A stretch of DNA of 13,977 nt from a virus. The DNA is taken from IMG/VR virus record IMGVR_UViG_3300050821_015365, one strand, 5' to 3'. Shown here one piece after another: positions 7,125-13,794 of this stretch. A program made the position numbers and the translations under genes. Numbering within the stretch: the first letter of the stretch is position 1; the number at the start of each line of letters is the position of its first letter. The notes beneath the pieces are model-generated. The model saw nothing but the letters and a program-made list of their open reading frames with translations, ran no database searches and had not been told where the DNA came from.

Positions 7125-7375
7125 TATCTCACCTTGAAATCGAAGAGCACTCCGGGGTGCGCGTCGATCAATTCCATCTCGGCTTGGTAAACCTTCTCCC
7201 GCGTTGCTTGGGCTTCCTCTTCCCCAAACCCAAAAACGTGGGCTGTGATGTCCACGGTGATCATCACGGAAGCGTGAACCGTGACACCGTCAATGGCGGC
7301 GATGCGCTTCATCGCATCAAAACAGGCTTCCCGCGACGGCGCTAGGACTTCATCTGAGCTAAGAATTTTTTCCAC
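7124..7375 (-). CDS. hypothetical protein (~83 aa; start taken at GTG 7375, preceded by GGAGG and 6 nt; the track's GTG 7426 would overlap the upstream gene by 68 nt)
   Basis: ORF in frame with the track's ORF 7124..7426. The internal GTG has a strong SD (GGAGGcagtcaGTG). Contains ACFDAMKRIAA. Confidence 0.4.
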   Translation of the reverse strand: MEKILSSDEVLAPSREACFDAMKRIAAIDGVTVHASVMITVDITAHVFGFGEEEAQATREKVYQAEMELIDAHPGVLFDFKVR

Positions 7376-7697
7376 TGACTGCCTCCATCTGCCGTTCGTA
7401 TTCCGCGAAAAAGTCTGCCTCTTCACCAGTCAAAGGCTTCACGTCGGGGGTTGAAAGAAAACGGCGAAGCTCCTCGATTTGCTTCGGCGTGCGGAGTTGA
7501 TGTCTGGCGGGTTGATAGTACCGTCGCTGAACATCCAAGATCGTACCGCGCTCATCTACGGAATTGGCGTAGACAACCACCCAGCCCCAGCCAAGCTTCG
7601 TTGCTTCTATTTCGGCTTCGGCAGCGTTATTGAACGGACCCCACTTCCGCCCCTGTTCGTTATTCGTCTCCGATGCCATGAATACGCGCTCGATCAC
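7359..7697 (-). CDS. hypothetical protein (112 aa)
   Basis: ATG start overlaps the upstream stop (ATGA at 7694..7697). Confidence 0.55.
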   Translation of the reverse strand: MIERVFMASETNNEQGRKWGPFNNAAEAEIEATKLGWGWVVVYANSVDERGTILDVQRRYYQPARHQLRTPKQIEELRRFLSTPDVKPLTGEEADFFAEYERQMEAVSGKNS

Positions 7698-8080
7698 AGC
7701 TTTGTGTCTCCTGATTCCAGTTCGATTTCAATCGGTGGCGTGCCTACGTCGGCGTCTCCCGATTCCAATTTGATCAAAGCCTCCAACGGCGTCATTTGAG
7801 TCTCGACTTGATCTCTCAGCCGGAGGTTCTCTGCATTGAACTCCCGCACTTGCACCCTACCGGGGGCGTAACCTAGCTGGAGTTCCACCATTTGGGATGC
7901 GATCTGAGCCATGAGCCTATGCGGCATACCGTTTGCTCTCGCGGAGTCCTCGACGGTGAACACTTTCGGCCCGGTCTCGTCCCCAAGCCAGCAGTTGTCC
8001 TGCGTGTCGTACATGCCATAGCCGGGGCGCTGCGCGTCCAAATGCTCGGGGTCGTTCACCACATATCCCTGTTCAGCCAT
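7694..8080 (-). CDS. hypothetical protein (128 aa) with an acidic repetitive C-terminus (ELESGD repeats)
   Basis: ORF. The C-terminal KLESGDADVGTPPIEIELESGDTKL is encoded by a short direct DNA repeat near 7700..7790. Confidence 0.5.
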   Translation of the reverse strand: MAEQGYVVNDPEHLDAQRPGYGMYDTQDNCWLGDETGPKVFTVEDSARANGMPHRLMAQIASQMVELQLGYAPGRVQVREFNAENLRLRDQVETQMTPLEALIKLESGDADVGTPPIEIELESGDTKL

Positions 8081-8288
8081 TGTCCTTCAACCCCATAGTG
8101 GCGACCGCATGGAGCTTGGTGGTCGCGTCTGTCTTTAGGAAAACCTGCTCTTTGACATCGTGAACGAGTAGGTACCCTGCAAAGTCACCCTTGACGGAAA
8201 GCTCCCGTTCCAGTTCGCCAAGAAGCTCGTAAAGTTCAAACACGATAGTTTCCGCTCTCTTCGCCTTAGCTCTTGTCTTTGCATCCAT
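8073..8288 (-). CDS. hypothetical protein (71 aa)
   Basis: ORF with AGGGAG 8 nt upstream of the ATG. Confidence 0.5.
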   Translation of the reverse strand: MDAKTRAKAKRAETIVFELYELLGELERELSVKGDFAGYLLVHDVKEQVFLKTDATTKLHAVATMGLKDNG

Positions 8289-8320
8289 GCAAAATACTCC
8301 CTGCTTGTTTGATGCCGGAA

Positions 8321-8755
8321 CTACTCCGAATGATCTTCTACGGCGAACGTCCAGACCAGCAGGTTGCCAGCCGGGGCGCGGTGCCGGATGGTGACCCGGT
8401 TACCCTCGAACACGATGTACGGGTTCTGGTATGTGCCGTCCGTGGGTGCAACCTCGCCCTGCAAGTCGGAGTCGATGAAATGCGAGCCGTAAGTGTCGTG
8501 GATGAACAGATGGGCGCGTCCGTCCCGCACTTCCGCTACGATAGCTTTGTTGTCGCGGGTGCCCGCTGCCGCCAGCTTTCGGCTGGTGTACACGTACATT
8601 TGGACGTCAACGCCCTCGGGGTTCTTGTACGCCACGGGGTGGGCGGTGATCAGCGTGTAGAACTTGCCTTCGAGCAGTTCACTGAACAGCTTGCCGACCT
8701 GCTCGACGTTTCCAGTCGTAAGCATGCCGAACCAATACAGATTGAAGTTGCGCAT
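8321..8755 (-). CDS. hypothetical protein (144 aa; start at ATG 8755, MRNFNLYWFG...)
   Basis: AGGAGA lies 5 nt upstream of ATG 8755. The track's longer version (start 8779) would overlap the upstream gene by 16 nt. Confidence 0.5.
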   Translation of the reverse strand: MRNFNLYWFGMLTTGNVEQVGKLFSELLEGKFYTLITAHPVAYKNPEGVDVQMYVYTSRKLAAAGTRDNKAIVAEVRDGRAHLFIHDTYGSHFIDSDLQGEVAPTDGTYQNPYIVFEGNRVTIRHRAPAGNLLVWTFAVEDHSE

Positions 8756-8763
8756 GTCGTCTC

Positions 8764-9063
8764 CTATCGGTTGTACCAAAGAATGTACTTCGTTTCAGGT
8801 CGAATTCGTGACGCCTCGGATGGGCGAATCCAATCTCCTCCGACGTTGCTGATCTTTCCGTTCTCGTCAACCTCGTCGCCCATGCCGTCGTAGTCAATGA
8901 AACTCTTGTTGGCGACGCTCTCCAGCCACGTCTCACGGGTCATGAGCGCACCGTGATGCCGATTGATCACGACCTCGTAGTCGTACTGATCGGGGTTCTC
9001 AACAAGCCATTGCTTCGCCTGTTCAAAATTGTGGGGGTTCTCGTACGTTGATTGTCCAATCAT
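8764..9063 (-). CDS. hypothetical protein (99 aa; start at ATG 9063, MIGQSTYENPHNF...)
   Basis: AGGTGGA lies 7 nt upstream. ATGA overlap with the small ORF upstream. The track's 136-aa version starts at an upstream GTG. Confidence 0.5.
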   Translation of the reverse strand: MIGQSTYENPHNFEQAKQWLVENPDQYDYEVVINRHHGALMTRETWLESVANKSFIDYDGMGDEVDENGKISNVGGDWIRPSEASRIRPETKYILWYNR

Positions 9064-9212
9064 GGCGCTATCCACCTTGCGAGACCTTGCAGCATCCCGG
9101 CTATTAAATCTCGGACGTTCCACTGCGCGATGAAGAAGTAGAGCTTGATCCACTTCCAGATCGACATCTCGCACTCGGGACCGCAGACGTGTGGTTTGAT
9201 CTCGTTACTCAT
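9060..9212 (-). CDS. small hypothetical protein (50 aa), possibly membrane-associated
   Basis: Below the track's size cut-off. MSNEIKPHVCGPECEMSIWKWIKLYFFIAQWNVRDLIAGMLQGLARWIAP. ATGA overlaps at both ends. Confidence 0.35.
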   Translation of the reverse strand: MSNEIKPHVCGPECEMSIWKWIKLYFFIAQWNVRDLIAGMLQGLARWIAP

Positions 9213-9376
9213 GTGTTGCCCGCTTCCAGAAAGCATCGAACAACGTCGGCTGCATCGTACAGCCCGAGTTTGTTCGCTACCTTGAGCAGGTATTGACTCT
9301 GCTCGTCAGTGCCGTATTGCCGCTGCGCCTGTTGCGGGATAGCGTCGATGACTTTTTCCAAGGCTTCGTCTTTCAT
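9209..9376 (-). CDS. small hypothetical protein (55 aa)
   Basis: Not in the track. MKDEALEKVIDAIPQQAQRQYGTDEQSQYLLKVANKLGLYDAADVVRCFLEAGNT. AAGGGAG lies 7 nt upstream. ATGA overlaps at both ends. Confidence 0.35.
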   Translation of the reverse strand: MKDEALEKVIDAIPQQAQRQYGTDEQSQYLLKVANKLGLYDAADVVRCFLEAGNT

Positions 9377-9678
9377 CGCGTCACTCCCTTTTCAATGACT
9401 TTTCGTCCCCGGTCGGAGACACGGTAGTTGTGCCCGTTGTAGTCACCGCCGATGCTTTCCAGCCAGCCCCAATCGCAAAACTTGTGAACGTCCCCTTGAT
9501 TAACCTTCTCCGTCTCGTGTTTGCCGGGCACATCAAATTTGATATACGCGCCGCCGTTGCTGCGGATGCCGTGCCAGATGTGAACGACCGCGCCGGGCGC
9601 AGCCATCTTGCGAAGCAGTTCCATCTGCTTCTTGGTCGGCGTGGGTCCGAGAGAATTCGGTGGTAGGTCAATCGGCAT
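9373..9678 (-). CDS. hypothetical protein (101 aa)
   Basis: ORF. Its stop overlaps the next start (ATGA). Its start shares one base with the upstream stop. Confidence 0.5.
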   Translation of the reverse strand: MPIDLPPNSLGPTPTKKQMELLRKMAAPGAVVHIWHGIRSNGGAYIKFDVPGKHETEKVNQGDVHKFCDWGWLESIGGDYNGHNYRVSDRGRKVIEKGVTR

Positions 9679-9890
9679 TAAGATTTTCCGTCAAGCCTTT
9701 CGTTGACCCAATAGACGGCGGCATCTTTATTTCCTGTGAATCCTTGGAACACGCCGTCCAGTTTATAGACGACGCCGTCCAATTTCGGTGCGCCGCCTTT
9801 GGTTGAGGCGGAGGCGACTTCTACGACGTGCCCTCGGTGCTGGATAGTTTCCCATGTCTCGATGCTGAAGTCACTGAGTCGGCAAGCCAT
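9678..9890 (-). CDS. hypothetical protein (70 aa; start at the second ATG, MACRLSDF...)
   Basis: GGAGGA lies 6 nt upstream of ATG 9890. The first ATG (9908) is itself part of this SD context. Confidence 0.45.
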   Translation of the reverse strand: MACRLSDFSIETWETIQHRGHVVEVASASTKGGAPKLDGVVYKLDGVFQGFTGNKDAAVYWVNERLDGKS

Positions 9891-9904
9891 GTCGTATCCT
9901 CCAG

Positions 9905-9957
9905 CCATAGTATACAGCCGACAGGGGGATTTTGTCTGGGTTTTTACTGCTTTAGAA
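9905..9957 (-). promoter_or_regulatory. possible promoter in the 49-nt intergenic gap
   Basis: Minus strand reads CAGACA, then 18 nt, then TATACT, ending 2 nt before ATG 9908 and 20 nt before ATG 9890. Weak -35. Confidence 0.2.
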
Positions 9958-10170
9958 TCAGCCGATTACGGCTTTGTTGACTTTCCCAGCAACCAGCCAG
10001 AGGTTCATGCGCAGCGGGTCGTAGTCGTGCTTGGGGTTGAAGTTGAAGCGGGTGTGCTCGTCCACGTGGACGATACGGCATTCGTAACCAGACTCCACGA
10101 TCTCAAATTTCGCCTCGTTGGCGTCCATGCCTACAAACTTTTCCGGGTTCTCAATTCGGACTATGGGCAT
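9958..10170 (-). CDS. small protein resembling the peptidase-inhibitor I78 family (70 aa)
   Basis: FVGMDANEA...G.ECRIVHVDEHTRFNFNPKHDYDPLRMNLWLVAGKVNKAVIG loosely fits the I78 pattern (...G....RVI.PG..VTMDYR.DRLN...D..G.I....CG) from memory. The terminal Cys is absent. Confidence 0.35.
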   Translation of the reverse strand: MPIVRIENPEKFVGMDANEAKFEIVESGYECRIVHVDEHTRFNFNPKHDYDPLRMNLWLVAGKVNKAVIG

Positions 10171-10179
10171 CGCGTCTCC

Positions 10180-10407
10180 CTATCGAAGGGGACGGATAGA
10201 CAGGATGTAGTGAGGATGAACGGTGTCCCAAACGACAGGCTCGTCTCCGCTCCCGTAATCGACCACGACTTCGATTTCTTCGTACAGATGATCACGGAGA
10301 GTAGGCCATTTCTCCAACATCCAGCTAATGAACTCAGCCTCAGTTTTATCGTTAGCGTTTTTCCTGATGGCGCTGTAGTCCCACGGCGATACGCGGAGTG
10401 TTGCCAT
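10180..10407 (-). CDS. hypothetical protein (75 aa)
   Basis: Co-directional ORF with ATG start. Confidence 0.45.
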   Translation of the reverse strand: MATLRVSPWDYSAIRKNANDKTEAEFISWMLEKWPTLRDHLYEEIEVVVDYGSGDEPVVWDTVHPHYILSIRPLR

Positions 10408-10419
10408 ATCGTTTAGTAC

Positions 10420-10584
10420 TCAGGAAGTTTTGACTTTGGGGATTACGGGGTAACCATTTTTCCGACAAAAGCGGTCGAGAGGTTCCTTGTGCCGATAGCA
10501 CTTGTCGGCCTTGTCGAACTCGATAGGCGCACCGCACTCGCTACAAATCATAAGGGAGAGAAGTTGGTCTTTGAGGGATGCCAT
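10420..10584 (-). CDS. small zinc-ribbon-like protein (54 aa)
   Basis: Not in the track. MASLKDQLLSLMICSECGAPIEFDKADKCYRHKEPLDRFCRKNGYPVIPKVKTS (CxxC...C..H...C). Fills the gap between flanking genes. Starts 4 nt after the upstream stop. Confidence 0.4.
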   Translation of the reverse strand: MASLKDQLLSLMICSECGAPIEFDKADKCYRHKEPLDRFCRKNGYPVIPKVKTS

Positions 10585-10587
10585 CAA

Positions 10588-10803
10588 TTATCCAAACAGG
10601 TTTAGGATCGCCCTGTTGTTGGCCCAGCTTTCAGTGAACTTGCGAATCTGTTCTTGCCCTACCACGACGTAGACCCCCGCGCCATGCGGGAACCGGAAAG
10701 CTCCGTATCCTTCGGCGGTGCCAGTCACGGTACATGTCCACTGGTCGCCTGCAACATGCTTCCAGTTGATCTTCTGGCTCTCTACTGGGTATCTGAGAAT
10801 CAT
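10588..10803 (-). CDS. hypothetical protein (71 aa)
   Basis: ATGA overlap with the DUF4326 gene's stop (10800..10803). Confidence 0.5.
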   Translation of the reverse strand: MILRYPVESQKINWKHVAGDQWTCTVTGTAEGYGAFRFPHGAGVYVVVGQEQIRKFTESWANNRAILNLFG

Positions 10804-11102
10804 GAATCTTCCCCGAAAACCTCACGAACAAGCTTGACCAGCGTGTCGCCGTGGCATCGCTTGCCCTTCCCGTTCTTGTCCTTACACCAGCAGCCCAGCG
10901 TCTTGCCGCGAAGCTCGCCCAACCGCCTCATCAAGTCCCGGTGACTCCGCACGTGCGCCTCGTACTTGTCGCATACGCAGTCACGACCGCACCCGACCTC
11001 GATGTGAAACGGATTGTGCCAAGGCGACTCATTGAACTCCATGAATGCCCGACCGATGTACACGTCGAAAGGGGCTTTGCGAACGTGGACGACGCGAGTT
11101 AT
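10800..11102 (-). CDS. DUF4326-family protein. The conserved N-terminus maps onto an ATA codon at 11102; the first canonical start is GTG 11063, which would give 87 aa
   Basis: ITRVVHVRKAPFDVYIGRAF...WHNPF...LGCWCKDKNGKGKRCHGDTL matches the DUF4326 core (DVYIGR...WGNPF...CWC...CHGD..L). Upstream in frame are GGAGG, 7 nt, then ATAA overlapping the upstream gene's TAA, and a TGA 8 codons further upstream. The start is uncertain. Confidence 0.55.
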   Translation of the reverse strand: MTRVVHVRKAPFDVYIGRAFMEFNESPWHNPFHIEVGCGRDCVCDKYEAHVRSHRDLMRRLGELRGKTLGCWCKDKNGKGKRCHGDTLVKLVREVFGEDS

Positions 11103-11353
11103 TGCTGTGCCTCCAACGCTTCTAATTCACTTCGAAGGCGTTTGACATCCGCCTCCACATCTTCATGTTGCTTGCGCCCCGTCTTAACGGACTCCTCAAT
11201 GGAGGCCAGCCGATACCGAAGCTGCGTGATCTTACGCTCCGGCGTGGCGTTGAGAACTTTCTTGCGTTCAGCCGCCACCTCCGCCATGTGCGGGTTCTTG
11301 CGGCTCTGATGATCCTTGGATTTCAAATTGCTCGTGCCGATTGGGGCAGCCAT
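11099..11353 (-). CDS. hypothetical coiled-coil protein (84 aa)
   Basis: ORF. Charged and helical (AERKKVLNATPERKITQLRYRLASIEESVKTGRKQHEDVEADVKRLRSELEALEAQQ). Confidence 0.5.
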   Translation of the reverse strand: MAAPIGTSNLKSKDHQSRKNPHMAEVAAERKKVLNATPERKITQLRYRLASIEESVKTGRKQHEDVEADVKRLRSELEALEAQQ

Positions 11354-11586
11354 TATTTTATCCTCTCAAAGACGTGATCGGCATTCATTACGAACGTGCC
11401 GTTGTAGGCGGGGTGACCGAAACCCGTCACCGTGATGGTGTCTCCCGGTTGGTAGGGGCGCATCGGCGTGAACTCATACGTCTGCGTGACAGGCCCGGGA
11501 GGGTTCTCCGGTAGCAATAGTTTCGGCGCAACGACGGCAGCGCCCAAAGTACAAGCTGCGAAGCCTATGAATTCCCTACGGTTCAT
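11353..11586 (-). CDS. small exported protein with a twin-arginine (Tat) type signal peptide (77 aa)
   Basis: N-terminus MNRREFIGFAACTLGAAVVAP has RR-x-F-[IL]-G followed by a hydrophobic region. ATGA overlap with the upstream lipoprotein gene. Confidence 0.5.
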   Translation of the reverse strand: MNRREFIGFAACTLGAAVVAPKLLLPENPPGPVTQTYEFTPMRPYQPGDTITVTGFGHPAYNGTFVMNADHVFERIK

Positions 11587-12077
11587 TTCACCACCGTATA
11601 ACCGTCGATCTGATAGCAGCCGGGATTGCCGGACTCGTACTCTCTCCAGTGAAAGTTCAGGATGACCGCGCCGTTGACCGGGACTGCTTGGTTGGGACAG
11701 ACGATCTCGAACTTTTTGACGAATCCAGTACGTTCGGCGAATGTGAACCAGAAGACAGTCTTCGTAGTCTCCCCTTCCTTAGTCTGGGTCTCGCCGACCT
11801 CTGTTACAGCGCCGACACCGCTGATCTCCGGGTGTCCGATCTTCACAGAGCCGTCAGAGTTGCGCCCGTTACCGTCGAGCTTGGCGATGGCATCTTGGAT
11901 GTTCTTTTGAGCTTGGGCAGCTTGGTCAGCAGCCGCCTTGGCATCCCGCGCCGACTGTTGAGCTTGATCAAGCTGCGCCTGCACGGTTGGCACACGGTTC
12001 TTCGCAGGCTCAGGGTCGCTGCCGCAGCCTGCTGCGACTGCCGCAACCAGCAACACCAGAATTAGTTTACTTCGCAT
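11583..12077 (-). CDS. secreted lipoprotein (164 aa)
   Basis: Signal MRSKLILVLLVAAVAAG|CGS with a lipobox-like AAGC. GGGAGA lies 6 nt upstream of the ATG. A Gln/Ala-rich coiled segment precedes a beta-rich C-terminal domain. Confidence 0.6.
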   Translation of the reverse strand: MRSKLILVLLVAAVAAGCGSDPEPAKNRVPTVQAQLDQAQQSARDAKAAADQAAQAQKNIQDAIAKLDGNGRNSDGSVKIGHPEISGVGAVTEVGETQTKEGETTKTVFWFTFAERTGFVKKFEIVCPNQAVPVNGAVILNFHWREYESGNPGCYQIDGYTVVK

Positions 12078-12465
12078 CTCTGATCTCCCTCACGTTGTTG
12101 ATGTCCGTACTATGATAGGCTATTCCGACCTTCCACACAACTTGGTGGTTGTGGGTTTCCCGCTTGCCCATGCTGTCGGCATATATGTCGGTGTGACCGG
12201 GTAGGAAGTTAGTGACCTCAACCTGCATGTCATGATCCAGCGTGTAATTCTCGTGATGGCACCGTTCGCGAGGCACGTCGTCCCGAAGGTGCTTGGGGTC
12301 AACGACCACTACTTGGAATTTTTTGCTGAGAAGAGAAAACGTTCGCTGCTCCAGCGTGGGGAACAGGACATGGACGTGCGAACCACTGAGGATCGTCGCC
12401 TTATGCCCGATCCTGAGAAGGTCGCGCAGGCGGTAGTCTTCGACGTATCCGTTGAATTCCATCAT
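12067..12465 (-). CDS. hypothetical protein (132 aa; start at ATG 12465, MMEFNGY...)
   Basis: ATGA overlap with the upstream gene's stop. The track's 170-aa version would overlap by 118 nt. His-rich (SGSHVHV, CHHEN, DHD, PGHTD, HNH), which may indicate a metal-binding enzyme. No family assigned. Confidence 0.45.
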   Translation of the reverse strand: MMEFNGYVEDYRLRDLLRIGHKATILSGSHVHVLFPTLEQRTFSLLSKKFQVVVVDPKHLRDDVPRERCHHENYTLDHDMQVEVTNFLPGHTDIYADSMGKRETHNHQVVWKVGIAYHSTDINNVREIRDAK

Positions 12466-12980
12466 CCCACCCACAGCTTGAACAGCCCTGCTACAGCCCG
12501 TCTGATCGTTGCGAAAGCGCCCGGCTTTTCGTCCGGGGTTGCTGGCAGAAGACCCTGCTTCTCGCCCCACTTGCGCCACAGCTTAGTTAGCGCGTCGTGC
12601 TTACCGCGCATCCAGTCCTCAACTACCGGGGCGTCGCCCCGTGCCCGCGTCTTCTCGAAGAGCAGCGTCATTGCGGCCCACGAGCAGATGTTGCCCTTGC
12701 CTTTGCATCCGGGGCAGCGGTTGCCCGTGTTTTTCGGAGGCCAAGTCTTGTCGCCTCTGTCCCAAGCTTCCTGCCATCCGGGCGCAAACTCATCGCCATA
12801 GCCGAAGCACAAACTGCAATGCCAATCCCGGTCAAGAAGGTCATCCAGCAGCCACGGTATGATCTCGTCGCCCGCAGCCTGAAGCGCTTGGAAATCAGGA
12901 TGCTTGTAGACAACGAAGGACATGACCGCCGTGTCCCGGCTGTACTTGCGCATGTGCTCGCGGTATTCGTCCTTGGTCAT
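12462..12980 (-). CDS. hypothetical Cys-cluster protein (172 aa)
   Basis: ORF with HCSLCFGYG and NRCPGCKGKGNIC. ATGA overlaps at both ends. Confidence 0.55.
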   Translation of the reverse strand: MTKDEYREHMRKYSRDTAVMSFVVYKHPDFQALQAAGDEIIPWLLDDLLDRDWHCSLCFGYGDEFAPGWQEAWDRGDKTWPPKNTGNRCPGCKGKGNICSWAAMTLLFEKTRARGDAPVVEDWMRGKHDALTKLWRKWGEKQGLLPATPDEKPGAFATIRRAVAGLFKLWVG

Positions 12981-13207
12981 GCTGCCCTTTCAATCATCTC
13001 AAGGACGATTTCCTCGTGCGCTTTACAGGCGATCACGATCCTATCGTCCCAGCCCCGGTACACGATCACGATGGGGGCTGCACCGCAGAAGTTGCAGGCT
13101 TCCCGCTCACCGATGAGAGTGTTGATCGTATCCATGATCAGACTGTGGTTTTGCACCACGAACTTAATCTTAGGTTTCCCATCGACGTCCACGATAACGT
13201 CACTCAT
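12977..13207 (-). CDS. small zinc-ribbon-like protein, paralogue B (76 aa)
   Basis: ACNFCGAAPIVIVY...ACKAHEE. Paralogous to the adjacent ORF (VCTFCGKKPVVAFTF...TCKDHVS). Confidence 0.5.
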   Translation of the reverse strand: MSDVIVDVDGKPKIKFVVQNHSLIMDTINTLIGEREACNFCGAAPIVIVYRGWDDRIVIACKAHEEIVLEMIERAA

Positions 13208-13451
13208 TTTCGTTCTCGACTATTTCCCCGACGAAGTCAGCGTCCTTGACTTCCTTCTCAAATTGCTCCTGAAGGATGGACACATGGTCTTTACACGTCG
13301 CAACTATGCTGTCCTGCACAAGCTCACGGTTGATAGGTTGGCCTTCGGCGTCGATCTCCGCATCCATTGCGAAGGTAAAAGCCACGACGGGCTTCTTACC
13401 GCAGAATGTGCAGACAAGGCTGTCTTTGTCAATTTGATCTAGGAAGCTCAC
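13200..13451 (-). CDS. small zinc-ribbon-like protein, paralogue A (~83 aa; start at GTG 13451; the track's ATG 13511 is the alternative)
   Basis: GGGGGTGG lies 6 nt upstream of GTG. GTGA overlap with the stop of the upstream small membrane ORF. Shares the C-x2-C-G-x2-P-[IV]-V...[AT]-C-K-x-H pattern with paralogue B. Confidence 0.4.
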   Translation of the reverse strand: MSFLDQIDKDSLVCTFCGKKPVVAFTFAMDAEIDAEGQPINRELVQDSIVATCKDHVSILQEQFEKEVKDADFVGEIVENENE

Positions 13452-13627
13452 CGACGCCACCCCCAAGCCGCCTTGAGTACGCTGTAAAACAGCGTGAAGA
13501 CCCCCACGCATAGAAAGAACGTTCCCCAGCCGTAGGTCGCACTGTTCGCACCGTTAGAAGCGCTCACAAAGATACCTGCGGCTAGTGAGGACGCCACAAT
13601 TATAACCCCTGCGGTTGCGTCGTTCAT
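13448..13627 (-). CDS. small membrane protein (59 aa, 2 TM)
   Basis: Not in the track. MNDATAGVIIVASSLAAGIFVSASNGANSATYGWGTFFLCVGVFTLFYSVLKAAWGWRR. ATGA overlap upstream and GTGA overlap downstream. Confidence 0.4.
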   Translation of the reverse strand: MNDATAGVIIVASSLAAGIFVSASNGANSATYGWGTFFLCVGVFTLFYSVLKAAWGWRR

Positions 13628-13794
13628 AGTACTCCCTTCTCATTAGATGCTACTACCAGCTTGAAATATCCCCAAAGCGCCACGAAAAAGATCACCACGT
13701 CGTCCCACCCGAGGCTTCCGTCCGCCAGCATCAGCGTTGCAACCAAGCTCCAGTATGCGATTGACTGAACCCATTTCTTGTGGAGCCAGTTCAT
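13624..13794 (-). CDS. small membrane protein (56 aa, 2 TM)
   Basis: MNWLHKKWVQSIAYWSLVATLMLADGSLGWDDVVIFFVALWGYFKLVVASNEKGVL. The ATG overlaps the TGA of the partial upstream gene (ATGA). Confidence 0.45.
   Translation of the reverse strand: MNWLHKKWVQSIAYWSLVATLMLADGSLGWDDVVIFFVALWGYFKLVVASNEKGVL

Noticed and set aside
11060-11130. Programmed -1 frameshift fusing the 84-aa coiled-coil ORF to the DUF4326 ORF
   Set aside because: No slippery heptamer and no obvious downstream structure in the overlap. A mutated ATGA-to-ATAA start is more parsimonious.
12067-12465. Cupin-like or metallopeptidase assignment for the His-rich 132-aa protein
   Set aside because: HVHV...E and PGH resemble cupin motifs, but the spacing does not fit the canonical G-x5-HxH-x3,4-E and PxG-x2-H patterns. 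No M15 or M23 signature is present either. Left as a hypothetical protein.
12067-12579. N-terminally extended versions of several ORFs: 170 aa at 12067..12579, 136 aa at 8764..9174, 152 aa at 8321..8779, and 103 aa at 13200..13511
   Set aside because: The extensions overlap the upstream genes by 16-118 nt and are Arg/Gly-rich. Internal starts with an SD or exact ATGA/GTGA overlaps are more plausible. The longer forms cannot be excluded without homologues.
12597-13442. 281-aa plus-strand ORF, and similar plus-strand ORFs at 8273..8893, 9799..10416, 6075..6599, 10851..11309 and 147..674
   Set aside because: All lie antisense to well-supported minus-strand genes. They have low-complexity, Arg/Ala/Gly-rich translations and no start context. 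Treated as shadow ORFs.
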